Assembly (NCBI GenBank): GCA_026770705.1
Contig: JANJGN010000048.1
Span: forward strand, 1,674,001-1,738,000
Direction of reading: 5' to 3'
Source: Isurus oxyrinchus
Taxonomy: Eukaryota
Length of the DNA stretch: 64,000 nucleotides
Shown here piece after piece: positions 39,295 to 53,454 of this stretch. The translations under genes were made by a program, and so were the position numbers. The number at the start of each line of letters is the position of its first letter. The first letter of the stretch is position 1. A model generated the notes under the pieces. That model had not been told where the DNA came from. It was given only the letters and a program-made list of their open reading frames with translations, and searched no databases.

Positions 39295-39366
39295 TGGAGA
39301 TGCCGCGGATGGAACCAGGAACCTCATGCATGTAGAGCATTCGCTCTACCACTGAGCTACACCCGA
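39295..39366 (-). pseudogene. tRNA-Ala pseudogene (anticodon position TAC)
   Basis: Aligns to tRNA-Ala; acceptor stem, T-arm and B box are damaged. Confidence 0.85.
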
Positions 39367-41732
39367 ACCGCACTCAACCTTGGCGCATCAAAAAGCACAA
39401 ATGCTTAATACCGCTTTTTGTTTTCGTCTGTAACATTTTTGACAATCTCTTCTTTGCCTCCACCTATCACTGGCCCTCTATCCAGCTCTAACTGTGCCAC
39501 ACGCATCAACCAGCTTGTATTTCACATCGTTTTTACTTGTCCTCAGTTCTGATGAAGTGTCATGTGAACTAGAAACGTGAACTGTATTCCTCTCCGCAGG
39601 TGCTGTCAGATCTGCTGAGGTTCCCCAGCTATTTTTATGTTTGTGTAGTTACAGTCAATTTCACCCTCTGAACCTGTTCACCAATTAAGTGAAAAGACCC
39701 CTTTCAGGAGAGGCAACTCTTTACTGCTCCCTCTTCCACTCACGAACAGGAACAGTTGTAATGTGGTTGTGGTTGTGAGATTGAGCCCCAGGCTCAGCCA
39801 CTGGGGACACGGATTCAAGTCGAAATTTAGGTAACTACTTTTGGAACTGTAAACTCCTCTCCCAGTAAGGGTGACCATGAGAACGCCATCGAGTTGAATA
39901 CAAACCCATCTGGTTCACGAACCCACTTCAGGGAAGGAAAACTTTCATCCTTAGCAAGCCTGACCGACTTCTGATGTTCCACAAATAGGAATGTGATTGA
40001 CTCTTAAATGCCCTCTGAAAGGGCCCAGCAAGTCTCTCAGTTCAAGGGCAATTAGCCATGGGTAATCAAAGCTAATCCCTCCAGTGACGCCCATATCCCA
40101 TGAAGTAACAGAAGAAATATAAAATTAGCTCATTGCATTCGCTGCTGACAGTCTGGACGCCTCTACTTTGGGATGACAACACCGGCTGGGTGACCACTTT
40201 GTAGAACATCTCTGCTCAGTCCACAAACATGGCCCCGCCCCGGTTTCTATTCCAGTCCAGCAAATTGCTCTCATGCTCACATTTCAGTCCTCGGGCCTGA
40301 AGACCAACAAAGCAATGAGAGAAGAACCTCATCTTCCAATTTGGCGTCGTCCAGCCTTATGGACTCAAAACTGAATTCAACATCTTCAGACCATGAACCC
40401 AGTCCTGTATTTGTAATTTTTCCCCGATTTTCAGTCTATATCATTTTCTCACGTTTTGCTTTCAGGCAGCATTGACCTTTATTCTCCTATTACCACATTC
40501 TGCTATTTTGCTTTTAGACAGCGCTGACTTTTAATCTGCTATTAACACCTGCTCTGGACCAATGCTTTGTACCTTTACTCAGACCATTCCCCCTCTCTTT
40601 CCCAATGGTTCTATGGCATCTTTGTAATTTAGTTTCCCCAGATATCTAATTAATCCATGACACTCTTTTTCCTGTTCCACCTTGCACCTTATCTTGCGTC
40701 CAACAGCCAAAACCCCACCGCATTCCACCACTCCTGATTTTAGAAGAAACGTCATATTGAAGGTGAAATGCTAACTCTGTTTATAACCGCACCGATGTTG
40801 CGAGACATGCTGAGATTTTTCCAGCACTTTTTTTCTGTTATTTTTCTCCCTTAAAGTGCCTGTTCTGTGAAGAACTTGCATGTATCTGCCATTTCCCAGT
40901 TATAAAGGTAATTGTGCACCGTTTACCCTTGTCAATGCCACGGTTGAAGTTGCTGGGGAATTTGCAATGGCCTCTTTTCGATTGGGTATCAAAGGCTGAA
41001 TCCTACATGGAGAATTTCAAACATGAAGCTCGGGAAAGGATGGGCATATGTTTTGAAGTCGGCAACACATTCAGGAACTTTGGAGAGGACAGGGAGATTG
41101 GAGATGTGAGTGGTGTCTTTCAGGTGCACAGAGTTCATTATCGCTACGATTTTTCGAGAAGCGACATGATTAACGAGGTTTGAAACAGAAGATGGTGCCT
41201 CAGGAGAGAACCCTGAACACTATTGACTGACCTGGGAAACAGGATGGGAAGTTGGGTGGTCAGCAATTTACTGGGAACAGAGCCCCCGGAAAAAGAGGCT
41301 TGGCTCGTGGTCAGGATGAGTTCACCGGTTCTCAGAGCAGCTCTTCAGCGCCCTCATTGGACAGTCACTGACAGAATGTCCTACATCCCCCTGCTGGACT
41401 GCACATGTCCACACGCTTCAGAACAAATAGGCTTAAACAAGTGTTGCTGGACAGCAAGAGGGTGATAACAATGTAGCCCTTAGAAGCTGAAATGAAAACA
41501 GAAAGGGCTGAAAAACTCGTCAGAACTGGCAGCACCAGTGGAGAGAGAAGCAGGTCGTTTGCAGAGCCGAATATGGGTCTTCATCCGAACAGAGGAGAGT
41601 GATAGAGGTGTGATGGGCTCTGTGTTGTTGATAAAAAGGGCAGAAGAACAGCTGAGGCTAAGGAGGTGAGGGATAAATTAGATACCGGGGCAGATTGAAT
41701 GAAAAAGGTGTCATTGAACACAAGAAAAAGAG

Positions 41733-42145
41733 AGCCTTCCTTTCACTCACCCATAACCTTTTCTGAAACACACTAGCCTGCCTCCAAACTCACTCCCAAC
41801 AACAAGTGCGAGGATCTGATTGAACTCTCTGTCATTGGGTTTGGGACTGTCCAATGAGCAGCCTCTGCCAGCGCTAACACATTCTGTGATTTTGTTCTCA
41901 GATAGAGTCCACCTTTATTCTGCCTTTATCACCTCCTCGGGGAGAATGCTTCCTGCTGCAAAGCCACAAAGCATTCGCCCAGCGTAGGTGAAAACAGCAG
42001 AATAAATGTGGCTGCTGTCTGAGAACAAAATAGCAGAATGACAAAGAGTTCAAACAGCTCCTCGCACTTGTTGTTGGCGTGAGTGTGTAGACCGGGGAGA
42101 GTTTTTCAGAATAAGGTATGGATTAGTGAATGGAAGCCCGGGGCT
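41733..42145. repeat. Foldback copy with an internal right-arm deletion
   Basis: gcagaatg joins acaaagagttc at ~42040 (AATG microhomology). Confidence 0.85.
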
Positions 42146-43393
42146 ATCTGTAATTCCCTGCATGGTCCTTAGAGTTGAACAGAGTTGGGAGCTTAACCGG
42201 GGCAGTGGCCAACTTGAGGAAAGTCATGGTATTAAGAGAGAGCAGGACATTGATGATGGCATTTCCTAGAGTGTGACTGCGCAACTGATTGGCAACTTGC
42301 CATCGAGTGAGGTTAGGCGGGCAGCGAGTGCAGAGGAAAAATAATACACAGAATTGGAGATGCAGTAACGGGAGGTGAGAAGTCCCACACACACCTGGCA
42401 GAGGGAGAGCAGCAGTGAAGATATCTAGGTGCCAAGGATAAGTTTGTGCTACCTGGCGAAGAAGGGTTTTGGAAGAGAAGGCACGAAAGCACTGAGATTT
42501 ACAAAGATGCAGAAAGGGCGAGACAAATGAAAGGATGCACCAAGGTGTGAAGTGGTTGGAAATGCCAGGCCAGCGCCATGACAGGCTGGGCTGCGTGGAT
42601 GGGCGATGGAGAAGTGGAGGCTTCATTCACAGGGAAGGTGCGATTGACCCATGTTCAGGTTCCCAATCTGGCCAAGGCCCCGATATAATCACCAACAAGC
42701 TCGATACAATCTCCCCAATCTCGATCCAATCACCCCCAATCTCGATACAAACACCCTCAATCTCGATACAATCACACCCAATCTCGACACAATCACTTCT
42801 AGAAGGCTCAAGAATGTCAAAAACATCCACTATATCAAACCATGGAAATGTTTTCTCCCCAACGACTCTGTCTAGCCCCCTCATGATTTTGAACGCCTCT
42901 ATCAAACCTCCTGTCAACATTCCCTCCTCAAAGCCCAAAAGCCCCAGATTCTGCACAGCTTCTGCGGAACTGAATCTTCTTGACGCTCGAGCGCCATTGT
43001 TTATAACCTCAGTGTAACCCATTCATAAACCTTCGCAGTCTTCCTAAAGAGTGCTGCCTAGAATGTGACACCATACTCTGGGTGAGTTATGTACCGAGCT
43101 GGAGTGATCCACAAACTCCAAGGAAGCGTGTAGCAGAGAAATGGAGTCTGCTGAACGAGTGTTTGAAATCTGTGTGCCGTGAATCAACAAGCACACAAAA
43201 CACCGAAGGTATAAATGTGTGGCCGCTTTGATTATGTAAGCATTTTTATTTTGAAGCCATTCCAACAGATGGCGCAATCTTCATTGAATTCGGATGTTGG
43301 CGAATGATCGCATTCTGCACATATGAAGAGAGTTCCCCATTTCTGTATGTGTAAAGGTGAGAAACTGTGCACGGCTGTATTCAAAAGTTGAAA

Positions 43394-43456
43394 TGGAGAT
43401 GCTGGGGATTGAACCCTGGACCTCATACATGCGCTCAACCAGTGAGCTGCATTCCC
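43394..43456 (-). pseudogene. tRNA-Ala pseudogene with a 9-bp anticodon-arm deletion
   Basis: ctcatacatgcgctc versus intact ctcatacatgcaaagcatgcgctc; the deletion lies between CATGC direct repeats. Confidence 0.9.
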
Positions 43457-43633
43457 GTCTGCACTTTCGAGCACATAAAGAAGCGTAAAAGCTTCAACAC
43501 CACTTTGTCCTCTTGTCTGTGACATCGTTGAAAATCTCATCTTTGCCTCCAACTGTCACAGGCCCTCTATCCAGCTCTACATGTGTCACCCGCCTCAACC
43601 AGCTTATATTTCTCCTCATTTCTATTTTTCCTC

Positions 43634-43672
43634 AGTTCTGATGAAGTGTCATGTGAACTCGAAACGTGAACT
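43634..43672 (+). ncRNA. Decayed minimal hammerhead motif in a Penelope terminal fragment upstream of a tRNA
   Basis: AGTT-CTGATGA-AGTGTCATGTGAACTC-GAAA-CGTG-AACT. Paralogs at 9744-9782, 15519-15557, 19724-19762, 39545-39583, 48077-48115, 58765-58803 and 61207-61245. The cleavage triplet is GUG. Confidence 0.55.
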
Positions 43673-45829
43673 GTATTCCTCTCCGCAGATGCTCTCAGAC
43701 ATGCTGAGCTTTTCCAGCTATTTGTATATTAGTGTAGTAACATGCAATTTCACCCTCCGAACCTGTACTACAATTTAAAAAAAAAATTCCTTTCAGGTGA
43801 AGCAACGATTAACTGGTTCCTCTTCCACTCAGGAAGGGTAGCAGTTGTAATCTGGGTGTTATTAGGATGGTTGAGCCAAAGGCTCATTCACTGGGGACAC
43901 GGATTCAAGTCGAAATGTAGGTACCAATATGTGGACTTGAAAACTCGTCTCCCAGTAACGGTGACCATGAAATTCCCATCGATTGATGTAAAAACCCACC
44001 TGGTTCATGAACACTCTTCAGTGAAGGAAAACATTCATCCTTATCGGGCCTGTCCTACTTTTGACTTTCCACACATGGAAATGTGTTTGACTATTAATTG
44101 CCCTCTGAAAGGGCCCAGAATGTCACTCAGCTCAAGGGCAATTAGGGACGGGTAACAAAGTCTGATCCTCCCAGTGAAGCCCATACCATGAAAGAGTAAA
44201 GCAAGTATAAAATTAATTCATTGTATTCGCGGCTGACAGTGTGGACTCCTGTACTTTGGGATAACTCAACACAGGCTGGGTGACCATTTTGTAGAACATC
44301 TCTGCTCAGTCCACAAACATGGCCCCGCCCCGGTTTCTATTCCAGTCCAGCATCTTGCTCTCATGCTCACATTTCAGCCCTCGGCCTGATGCAATGTTCC
44401 AGTGAAGACCAACAAAGCTGTGGGAAAAGAACCCCGTCTTCCAGTTTGGCGTTTTCCGGCCTTATGGACTCAAAACTGAATTCAACGTCTTCAGACGTGA
44501 GCGCTGTCCTCTATTTGTATTATTTTCCCGATTTTTGGTCTATATCATTTCCTCATGTTTTGCTTTCAGGCAGCATTGACCTTTATTCTCCTATGCCCAC
44601 ATTTTGCTATTTTGGTTTCTGACAGCGCTGTCCTTTAATCTGCTATTAACACCTGCTCTGGACCAATGCTTTGCACCTTTACTCGTAACATTCCCCATCT
44701 CTTTCCCATTTCGTCCATGGCATCTTTGTAATTTAGTTTTCCCAGACATCTAATCAATCTATGACGTCTTTTCCTTGTTCCACCTTCCCCTTCACCTTGT
44801 GTCCAACAGCGGAGAACCCACGAAATTCTACTTCTCCTGATTTCAGAAGAAACGTCATATTGAAGGTGAAATGTTAACTCTGTTTCTATCCGAACAGATG
44901 TTGCCATACCTGCTGAGATTTCTCCAGCACTTTTTTTTCTTTTTATTTTTCCTTAAAGTGCCTATCCTGTGAAGAAATTCGATGCATCTGCCATTTCCCT
45001 GTTATAAAGGTAATTGTGCATCATTTACCCTTGTCACTGCCACGTATGAAGTCGCTGGTGAATTTGCAATGGTCTCTTTTCGATTGGCTAATTTAGGCTA
45101 AATCCCACGTGGGGAATTTCAAGCATGAAGCTCGGGAAATGACCGACAAATATTTTGAAGTCGGCAACACATTCAGGGACTTTGGAGAGGAGAGGGAGAT
45201 TGGAGATGGGAGCGGTGTCTTTCTGGTGCAGAGAGTTCATTTTCTCTACATTTTTTAATGAAGTGACATGAGTAAACAGGTTTGAAACGGAAGGTGGTGC
45301 TTAAAGATTGAACCCTGAACAATAGTGACTGACCTGGGAGCGGGATGGGAGGTTGGTTGGTCAGCAATTTCGTGGGAATGGAGTCCAGGGAACAGGAGAC
45401 AGGGCTCATGGACAGGATGAGTTCCCCGGTTCCCGGAGCAGCTCAACTGCACCCTCCCTGGAGAGTCACAGACAGCAACTCCTGCATCCCACATTTGGAA
45501 TGCACGTGTCCACACGTTTCAGATCTAATAGGCCTAAAGAAGTGTTCCTGGACAGAAAGAGGGTGATAACAATTTAGCCCTTGGAAGCTGAATTGAAAAC
45601 AGAAAGCGGAAAACTCGTCAGAACTTGGCAGCATCTGTGGAGAGAGAAGCAGGTGGTTTTCAGAGCCGAATATGTGTCTTCTTGCGAAGAGAGGAGAGAG
45701 ATAGTGGTGTGATGGGTTGTTTGTTGCTCACAAAATAGGAGAAGAACAGCTGGGGCTAAGGAGGTGAGGGCTGAGTTAGATAGCGGGGCAGATTGAATGA
45801 GAAAGGTGTCATTGAACAGAAGACAAAGA

Positions 45830-46285
45830 GAGCCTCCCTTTCACTCACCCATAATCTATTCTGAAACACTCTAGCCCGCCTCCAAACTCACCCACAACAG
45901 CAAGTGCGAGGAGCAGATGGAACAATCGGTCATTGGGTTAGGGACTGTCCAATGAGCTGCCTCTTCCAGCGCTCACACATTCTGCTATTTTGCTCTCAGA
46001 CAGAGCCCACCTTTATTCTGCTGTTATCACCTACTCGGGGCGAATACTTCCTGCTGCAAAGCCACAAAGCATTCGCCCAGAGTAGGTGATAACAGCAGAA
46101 TAAATGTGGCCGCTGACTAAGAGCAAAATAGCAGAATGCGATAGCACTGGAAGAGGCAGCTCATTGGACAGTCCAAAGCCGAATGACAAAGAGTTCAATC
46201 AGCTCCTCGCACTTCTTATTGGGGGTAAGTGTCTCGGCCAGCGAGATTGTTTCAGACTAAGGTATCGATTAGTGAATGGAAGCCC
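45830..46285. repeat. Foldback copy, complete
   Basis: Both arms and the loop are present. Confidence 0.9.
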
Positions 46286-46869
46286 TGGGCCTTCTTGATT
46301 CCCTGCATGGTCCATAGAGTCGAGCAGAGATGGGAGCTTAACTGGGGCAGCGGATGGCGTGAGGAAAGTCATAGTTTTAAGAGAGAGCATGACATCGAAA
46401 CTGGCACGTCCAAGAGAGTGACAGCGAAACTGATTGGTAACTTGCCATCGGGAGTGGGGTTCATGGAGGGTAAATGGGCAGCGAATATAGAGGAAAGAGA
46501 ATATGAGGAATTGGATATGCCGTCACAGGATGCGAGAAGTCACACACACCTGGCAGAGGGAGAGCATCAGTGAAGATATCTAGGTGCCAATGGTTTGATG
46601 ATAATTTGGTGAAAGCCTGGCGAAGGGGGATTTTGGAAGAGAGGGCAAGAATGCAGTGAGATTACCGAAGAAGGAGAAAGGGAAACAAGAAGAAGGAGAA
46701 GAAGGAAAGAAATGAAAGGAAGCACCAAGGTGGGCTGTGGTTGCAAATGCCAGGCTAGCATCATCATAGGCTAGGCAGCGTGGATAGGGTAGGGGGAAGT
46801 GGACGTTTCATTCACAGGGAAGGTGTGATCCACCCATGTCCATGTTTCCAATATGGCCAAGGCCCCGAT

Positions 46870-47186
46870 ATAATCATCAACAATTTCCTACAATCACGCC
46901 CGATCTCAATACAATCACCAACAATTTCTATACACTCTCTCCAATCTCGATACAATCATACCCAACCTCGATACAATCACACCCAATCACGATACAATCA
47001 ACCCAATCTCGATACAGTCAAACCCAATCACGATACAATCAACCCGATCTCGATACAATCACACACAATCTTGATACAATCACCCGCAATCTCGATACAC
47101 TCACCCCGATCTCGATACAATCACCCCCAATCTCGATACAATCACCCCCAATCTCTATACCATCACCCCCAATCTCTATGCAATCA
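46870..47186 (+). repeat. 20-21-bp minisatellite
   Basis: Tandem units visible. Confidence 0.9.
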
Positions 47187-47826
47187 CTTCCCGTATGTTC
47201 AAAAATGTCAAATCCACCCAACATTATCAAACTCTGGGAGCTGTTTCTTCCCATCGACTCTGTCCAGACCCCTCATGATTTTGAACGCCTCTATCAAACC
47301 TCCTGTCAACATTCCCTCCTCGAAGGGGAAAAGCCCCAGACTCTGTACTGCCTCCACAGAACTGAAGCTTCTTGTCACTCGTTCGCCCCTGGATATAGTC
47401 TCACTGCAACCCATTCATACACCCTCGCATCCTTCCTAAAGAGTGCTGCGTAGAATGTAATACCATACTCAGGGTGAGTTACTGACCGGACTGGAGATAT
47501 CCACAAACTCCCAGGCACCGTGAAGCAGCGACTTGGAGTCTGCTGAAAGAGTATTTGAGCTCTGAGTGTCGTGAGTCAACAAGAACATAAAACATTGAAG
47601 GAACAAATGCTTGGCTGCCGGACCTAATGGTTGTATCAATGAACAACCACAGGTGCTGCTTTGAGTACGTGAACAGTTTTATTTTGAAGCCATTCTGATA
47701 GATGCAGCGACCTTCATTGAATTCGGATGTTGGCGAATGATCGCTTTCTGCACAAACGAAGTGGGTTTACCATGTCCGTGTGTGTAAAGATGAGAAACTG
47801 TCCATGGCTGCATTCAAAATATGAAA

Positions 47827-47898
47827 TGGAGATGTCCGGGATTGAACCCTGGACCTCATACAGACGAAGCATGCTCGTTACCATTGAGTTGCATCCCC
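47827..47898 (-). pseudogene. tRNA-Ala pseudogene (anticodon position CGT)
   Basis: Acceptor stem intact with G3:U70, but the D-stem and T-stem are disrupted. Confidence 0.85.
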
Positions 47899-50800
47899 AC
47901 CTGCCGGCACTTGGGACGTTAAGAAGCACAAATACTTCAACGCCACTTTGTCCTCTCGTCTGTGATATCTTTGACAATCTCTTCTTTGCCTGCACCTATC
48001 ACTGGCCCTCTATCCAGCGCTGCCTATGCAACATCCCTCAACGAATTTATTTTTCACCTCATTTCTATTTTTCCTCAGTTCTGATGAAGTGTCATATGAA
48101 CTCCAAAAGTGAACTGTATTCCTCTCCGCAGATGCTGTCAGACCAGCTGAGATTATCCAGCTATTTTCATTTTTATTATCTGAACCTGTTCTACAATTAA
48201 TTTAAACAGTCATTTCAGGTCAAGCAACAATTTACTGGTGCCACTTCCACTCACGAAGGGTAAAAGTTGTAATGCGGTTGTATTAGTTTGGTTGACCCCC
48301 AGGTTCATTGACTGCGGACACAGATGCAAGTCGAAATTTGGGCACCAATATGGGAAATTGCAAACTCTTCTCCCAGTAACGGTGACCATCAAAATGCCAT
48401 AGATTGATTGAAAAACCCACGTGGTTCACGAACACCCTTCAGGGAAGGAAAACCTTCATCCTTATCCGTCCTGCCCTACTTGTGACTTTCCACATGTAGG
48501 GATGTGATTGACTCTTTATTGCCCTCTGATATGGCCCAGAAAGTCATTCAGTTCAAGGGCAATTAGGATGGTTATCAGTTCCAGTGACATCCACATCCCA
48601 TGAAAGAACAAAGGAAATATAAAATTAGTCCATTGCATTCGCTGCTGACAGTGTGGACTCCTCTACTTTGGAAAGACTCAACAGAGGCTGGGTGACCACT
48701 TTGTAGAACATCTCTGCTCAGTCCACAAACATGGCCCAACCCCGGTTGCTATTCCAGTCCAGCATCTTGCTCTCAATCTCACATTTCAGTCCTTGGCCTG
48801 ATGCAATGTTCCAGTGAAGACCAACAAAGCTGTGGGAAAAGAACCTCACCTTCCAGTTTGGCGTCTTCCAGCCTTATGCACTCAAAACTGAATTAAATAT
48901 CTTCAGACCACGAACTCTGCCCTCTATTTGTATTATTTTCCCCGATTATCTGTCTATAGCATTTTCTCATGTTTTGCTCTCAGGCAGCACCTTTATACTC
49001 CCATTACCACATTCTGCTATTTTGCTTTCAGACAGCGCTGACCTTTACACCGCCATTAACACCTGCTCTGGAGCAATGCTTTGTACCTTTAGTCATCTCA
49101 TTCCCCCTCTCTTCCCCATTTGTCCCATGGCATCCTTGATATTTAAGGTCCCCAGCCCTCTAATCAATCCATGAAGCTTTCTTTACTGTTCCACCTTCCA
49201 ACTCACCTGCGTCCAACAGCCAAAAACCCACCACATTACCCGAAATCTGATTTCAGAAGAAGTGTCAGATTGAAGGTGAGATGTTAATTCTGTTTCTAAC
49301 TGCACAGATGCTGCGAGACCTGCTGAGATTTTTCCGGGTTATCTTTTTTTTTCCCTTAACGTGCCTGTTCTGTCAAGAATTTCCATGTATCTGCCATTTC
49401 CCAGTTATACAGGTAACTGTGCATCGTTTACCCTTGTCACTGCCACGTATGAAGTCGCAGGTGAATTTGCAATGGCCTCTTTTCGACTGAGTATCAAAGG
49501 CTGAATCCCACGTGGAGAATTTCAAAAATGAAGCTCGGGAAATGACGGGAAAATGTTTTGAACTCAGCAACACATTCAGGGACTTTGGAGAGCAGAGGGA
49601 GATTGGAGATGGGAGCGGTGTCTTTCAGGTGCAGAGAGTTCATTATCTCTAAATTTTTAGTGTAGTCAATTGGCTAAACAGGTTTCAAACGGATGTTGGT
49701 GCCTCAAGAGATAACCCTGAACAATATTGACTGATGTGTGTGGAAGTTGGGTGGTCAGCAATTTAGTTGGAACGGATCCCAGGGAACAGGAGGCGGGGCT
49801 CATGGACTTGATGAATTGCTCGGTTCTCGGAGCAGCTCAACAGCGCCCTCCCCGGACAGTCACTGACAGCAACTCCTGCATCCCCCTGCTGGACTACACA
49901 GGTACACAAGGTTCAGAGTTAATATGCCTAAAGAAGTGTTGGTACACAGAAAGAGAGTGATAACAATGCAGCCCTTGGAAGCTGAATTGAAAACAGAAGG
50001 AGTTGAAAAACTCGTCAGAACTGGCAGCAACAGTTGAGACAGAAGCAAGTGTTTTTCAGAGCACAAGATGTATCTTCTTCCGAACAAAGCAGAGAAATAG
50101 GGGTCCGATGGATTCTGTGTTGTTGAAAAAAAGGACTGCTGGGGCTAAGGAGGTGACGGCTAAATTAGATAGAGGGGCACAGTGAATGTATAAGGTGTCA
50201 TTGAACACAGGACAACGAGATTATTCCTTTCACTCACCCATGACCTATTCTGAAACATTCTAGCCTGCTGCCAAACTCACCCTCAACAACATGAGTGAGG
50301 AGCTGATGGAACTCTCTGTCATTGGGTTTGGGACTTTCCAATGAGCTGCCTCTTCCAGTGCTCACACATTGTGCTATTTTGCTCCCAGACAGCGCCCACC
50401 TTTATTCTGCTGTTATCACCTACTCAGTGCGAATGCTTCCTGCCACAAAGCCACAAAGCTAAGGCCCCGATATTTGCACCAAATATCTCGATACAATCAC
50501 CCGAAATCTAAATACAGTCACCCCCAATCTCGATACAATCACCCCCCCAATCTCGGTACAATCTGCCCCAATCTTGCTACAATAATCCCCAATCTCGGTA
50601 CAATAACCGCCAATCTCGATACAATCACTCCTGATAGGATCATGAATGTAGAAACCTCTCTGCATCTCAAACACAGGGAATTGTTTTTCCCTTCGACTCT
50701 GTCCAGATCTTCATGATTTTGAATGCCTCTATCAAACCGCCTGTCAAAATTCCCTCGTGGCAGGGGAAAAGCCCAAGACTCTGCACCGGCTCCGTGGAAC

Positions 50801-51202
50801 TGAAGTTCCTTGTCCCTGGAGCGGCCCTGGTTACAACCTCAGTGCAACCCATTCTTAAACCTTCTCCTCCTTCCTAAAGAGTGCTGCCGAGAATGTGACA
50901 CCATACTCTGGGTTAGTTACTTACCCAGGCACCGTTTAGCAGAGGACATGGGCTCAGCTGAACGAGTGCTTGAACTCTCAGTGTGGTGAGCAACAAGGTA
51001 AACTGTGAGCCCTCATGGTAACCTCAATGAAAAACCGCAGGTACTGCTTTGCTTTTGTGAACAGCTTTATTGGAAGCAATTCCGACAGACGGCGCGTCCT
51101 TCATTGAATTCGTTTGTTGACCAACGTTCGCTTTCTGCTCATGTGAAGCGAGTTTACTATGTTTCTGTGAACAATTGGCACCACTGCATTCAAAAGGAAG
51201 AC

Positions 51203-51274
51203 TGGAGATGCTGGGGATCGAACCCAGGACCTCATACATGCAAAGCATGCGCTCTACCACTGAGCTACATCCCC
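51203..51274 (-). tRNA. trnaa-ugc: tRNA-Ala(TGC), apparently intact
   Basis: GGGGATGTAGCTCAGTGGTAGAGCGCATGCTTTGCATGTATGAGGTCCTGGGTTCGATCCCCAGCATCTCCA. T-stem CTGGG/CCCAG fully paired; TTTT downstream. Confidence 0.95.
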
Positions 51275-52147
51275 ACATGAAAAGGTGGGCAAATGTAGGA
51301 TTAGTTAAAGCGCATTTCACCTTTCAAGACTTCACTGAGATCATTTATATACCAAAACTACAATCATAAACAAGCACTTTTGCATACGTGTCGTTAAAGG
51401 TCATTTCACCCTTCATGATTATTCTACCATTAAGTAAAATTGCTCCTTTCAGGTGAAGCAACGATTTACTTGTACCTTTTCCACTCACGAAGTGAGACAG
51501 TGGTAATGTGCTTGAACTAGTATTATTGAAGCCCAGGCTCATCCACTGGGGACACGAGTTCAAACCGAAATTCTGAAAACCCACCTGGTTCACTGACTCC
51601 TTCAGGGAAGGAAAACCTTCATCCTTATCAGGCCTGGCCTACTTGTGACTTTCCACACGTAGGTAAGTGGTTGCCTGTTAACTGCCCTCTGAAATTGCCC
51701 AGCAAATCACACAGTTCAAGGGCAATTAGGGAAGGGTAACAAAGTCTGATCCTCCCAGTGACACCCTCAGCCCAAGGAGGCACAACGGAAATAGAAAATT
51801 AGTCCATTGCATTCGCTGCTGACAGTGTGGACTCCTCTACTTTGGGAAGATTCAACACAGGCTGTGTGGCCACTTTGTAGAACATCTCCGTTCAGTCCAC
51901 AAACATGGCCCCCGCCCCGGTTGCTAATCCAGTCCAGCATCTTGCTCTAATGCTCACATTTCTGTCCTCGGCCTCATGGAGAAAGTGCGAGAGAAGTGAA
52001 AGCGCTCACCAAGTTGCGAAGTAGTTATCAGTGCAAGGCTGGCGCCATGACAGGCTGGGCTGGATGAATCAGTTGGGGAGAATTGGACGCTTCATTCACA
52101 GAGAAGGTGCCAATACTCATGTCCAGGCTTCCATCAAATCCAAGGCT

Positions 52148-52412
52148 TCGATACGATCACCCGAATCTCGATACAATCACCCCCAATCTCGATACAATCA
52201 CCCTCATTTTCGATATAATCTCGATACAATTGCTCCAAATCTCGATACAATCACCAGCATTCTCGATACAATTAGCCCCAACCTCGGTACAATCACCCCA
52301 ATTTCAAAGTCTCGATGCAATCACCCACAATCTCGATATAATCTTCCGCTATCTCGATACAATCACCGCCATTCTGAATACCATCAACCCCAATCTTGAT
52401 ACAATCACACTC
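52148..52412 (+). repeat. 20-21-bp minisatellite
   Basis: Tandem units visible. Confidence 0.88.
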
Positions 52413-53083
52413 CAATAAATTCCTAGTTGTCATAAGCTCCCTACAACTCAAGTACTGGGATCTGTTTATGCCCATCGACTCTGTCTAAATCCCTCGTGAT
52501 TTTTAATGCCTCTATCAAACCTCCTATTAACATTCCCTCCTCGAACGGAAAAGCACCCGACTCTGCACCACCTCTGCAGATCTGAAGCCACTTGTATCTA
52601 AGCGCCCCTGGTTATAACCTCAGTCTGAAACCTTTGCATTCTTCTTAAAGAGTCATGCCTAGAATAGGACAACATAATCAGGTTAATTTACTCCCCGATC
52701 TGAGGGATCCACAAACTCCCAGGCACTGTGTAGCTGAGGACCCGGACTCGACTGAGCGAGTGCTTAAACTCTGAGTGACTGGCACGAGTCACCAAGCACA
52801 CAAAGGACTGATGGCACCACTGCCCATGCTGCAGCTGTGGGCCCTCATTGTTGTCTCCATGAACAAAATGAGGCTCTGCTTTGGTCGTGTCTACAGCCTC
52901 TCTTGCTTGTCTCAATGAACAACCACAGTTTCTGTTTTGATTATGTGCGCAGCCAGTCCAGCAGTTGGCGCATCCTTCATTCAATTCATGGTGATGCAGC
53001 TTTCCGGACATATGAAGTGAATATTCCATGTTTTTGGTGTGCAAGGGTGAGAAGCTGTGCACTGCTGCATCGAGAATGGGAAG

Positions 53084-53155
53084 TGCAGATGCCTGGAATT
53101 GAACCAGGGACCTCATAAATGCGCAGGATGCGCTCGACCACTGAACTACACCCCA
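53084..53155 (-). pseudogene. tRNA-Ala(CGC)-derived pseudogene
   Basis: Aligns to tRNA-Ala; anticodon loop TG-CGC-AT; acceptor, D and T stems damaged. Confidence 0.85.
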
Positions 53156-53411
53156 ACATAAGACACAGGGGCACTTAAACAAGCACAAATGCCTATGTGA
53201 TGGAAAAGTTGATTTCGCCCTCTCAGCCTTTTCTGCTGCAAACGGAAAGCTCTCCTTCCAGGTGAAGCAGCGATTTACTTGTACTTCTTTCACCCACAAT
53301 CAGTGACAGTGATAATGTGGTTGGACAAGTACTGTTGAGCCCCAATCTGATCCACTGGGGACATGGGTTCAAATCGAAATTTAGGTACAAAAATTTGGAA
53401 TTGAAAACTCA

Positions 53412-53454
53412 CCCCCCCCCCCCCCCGCCCCCCCCCCCCCCCCCCCCCCCCCCC
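53412..53454. repeat. Poly-C tract (~43 nt, one G) inside a SINE copy
   Basis: Seen directly; paralogous SINE copies have only ctcgtcccca or ctcgtctcca at this site. Confidence 0.9.

Noticed and set aside
47827-47898. Functional tRNA-Thr(CGT), and likewise Val, Gly or Pro calls at 39295, 60958, 9493 and 35052
   Set aside because: The bodies are tRNA-Ala with broken D, T or acceptor stems; the anticodon changes reflect decay.
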